Below are positions 52,168-52,330 of a stretch of DNA of 52,330 bases, piece after piece; position 1 is the first letter of the stretch; every line of letters starts with the position of its first letter. Origin of the DNA: Candidatus Nanopelagicales bacterium (GTDB taxonomy: Bacteria; Actinomycetota; Actinomycetes; S36-B12); contig JBMTDJ010000006.1 in assembly GCA_049431945.1 (NCBI GenBank), positions 1 through 52,330 on the forward strand, given 5' to 3'. A model generated the notes under the pieces. The model was given only the letters and a program-made list of their open reading frames with translations. It ran no database searches and had not been told where the DNA came from. Both the position numbers and the translations under genes were made by a program.

Positions 52168-52330
52168 ATGGCCGCGACGGCTTCTGCAGCACCGATGAAG
52201 GACTATCGCACCGGCCGAGTCGTCGGGCTCGCGACGACAGCCGCTCTGGGTGGCTTCCTCTTCGGCTATGACTCCGCCGTCATCAACGGCGCGACCTCAG
52301 CGATCAAGTCGCTCTTCGGGCTCAGTGACC
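52168..52330 (+). CDS. Sugar porter family MFS transporter, 5' part only
   Basis: Read manually: MAATASAAPMKDYRTGRVVGLATTAALGGFLFGYDSAVINGA; GAGGAGG SD. Confidence 0.85.
   Translation, partial: MAATASAAPMKDYRTGRVVGLATTAALGGFLFGYDSAVINGATSAIKSLFGLSD

Noticed and set aside
29706-52330. Genomic island integrated at tRNA-Arg(CCG)
   Set aside because: No integrase or transposase, no duplicated tRNA 3' end that I could find, and downstream genes share the host promoter style and GC content.

Overview
High-GC actinobacterial chromosome segment. The gene order and leaderless promoters point to Actinomycetota; a free-living aquatic or soil lineage is an inference only. The left ~29 kb is mostly conserved housekeeping synteny on the minus strand: argS, lysA, hom-thrC-thrB, rho, rpmE, prfA-prmC-tsaC-glyA-wecA, the complete atpIBEFHAGDC operon, pduO/murA, an ethylmalonyl-CoA mutase (meaA) coupled to nucS, and a 3-hydroxybutyryl-CoA dehydrogenase. 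After a cold-shock gene and tRNA-Arg(CCG) comes a more variable region: an MFS transporter, an esterase, a CPBP protease, a lipase-like hydrolase with a motif-decayed DUF2252-like protein, an oleA-oleBC-oleD long-chain olefin/beta-lactone cluster, PAC2, a DUF697 GTPase, an SLT, lipid-catabolism genes, sbcCD and a sugar porter. The strongest unexplained signal is a ~250-nt free-standing non-coding unit at ~35698-35950. It has its own sigma70-type promoter, four GCAA-tetraloop hairpins, a long-range helix and a 14-bp terminator, and I do not recognise it as a known RNA family. No mobile element or CRISPR array was seen. All family calls come from motif recognition, not database searches.
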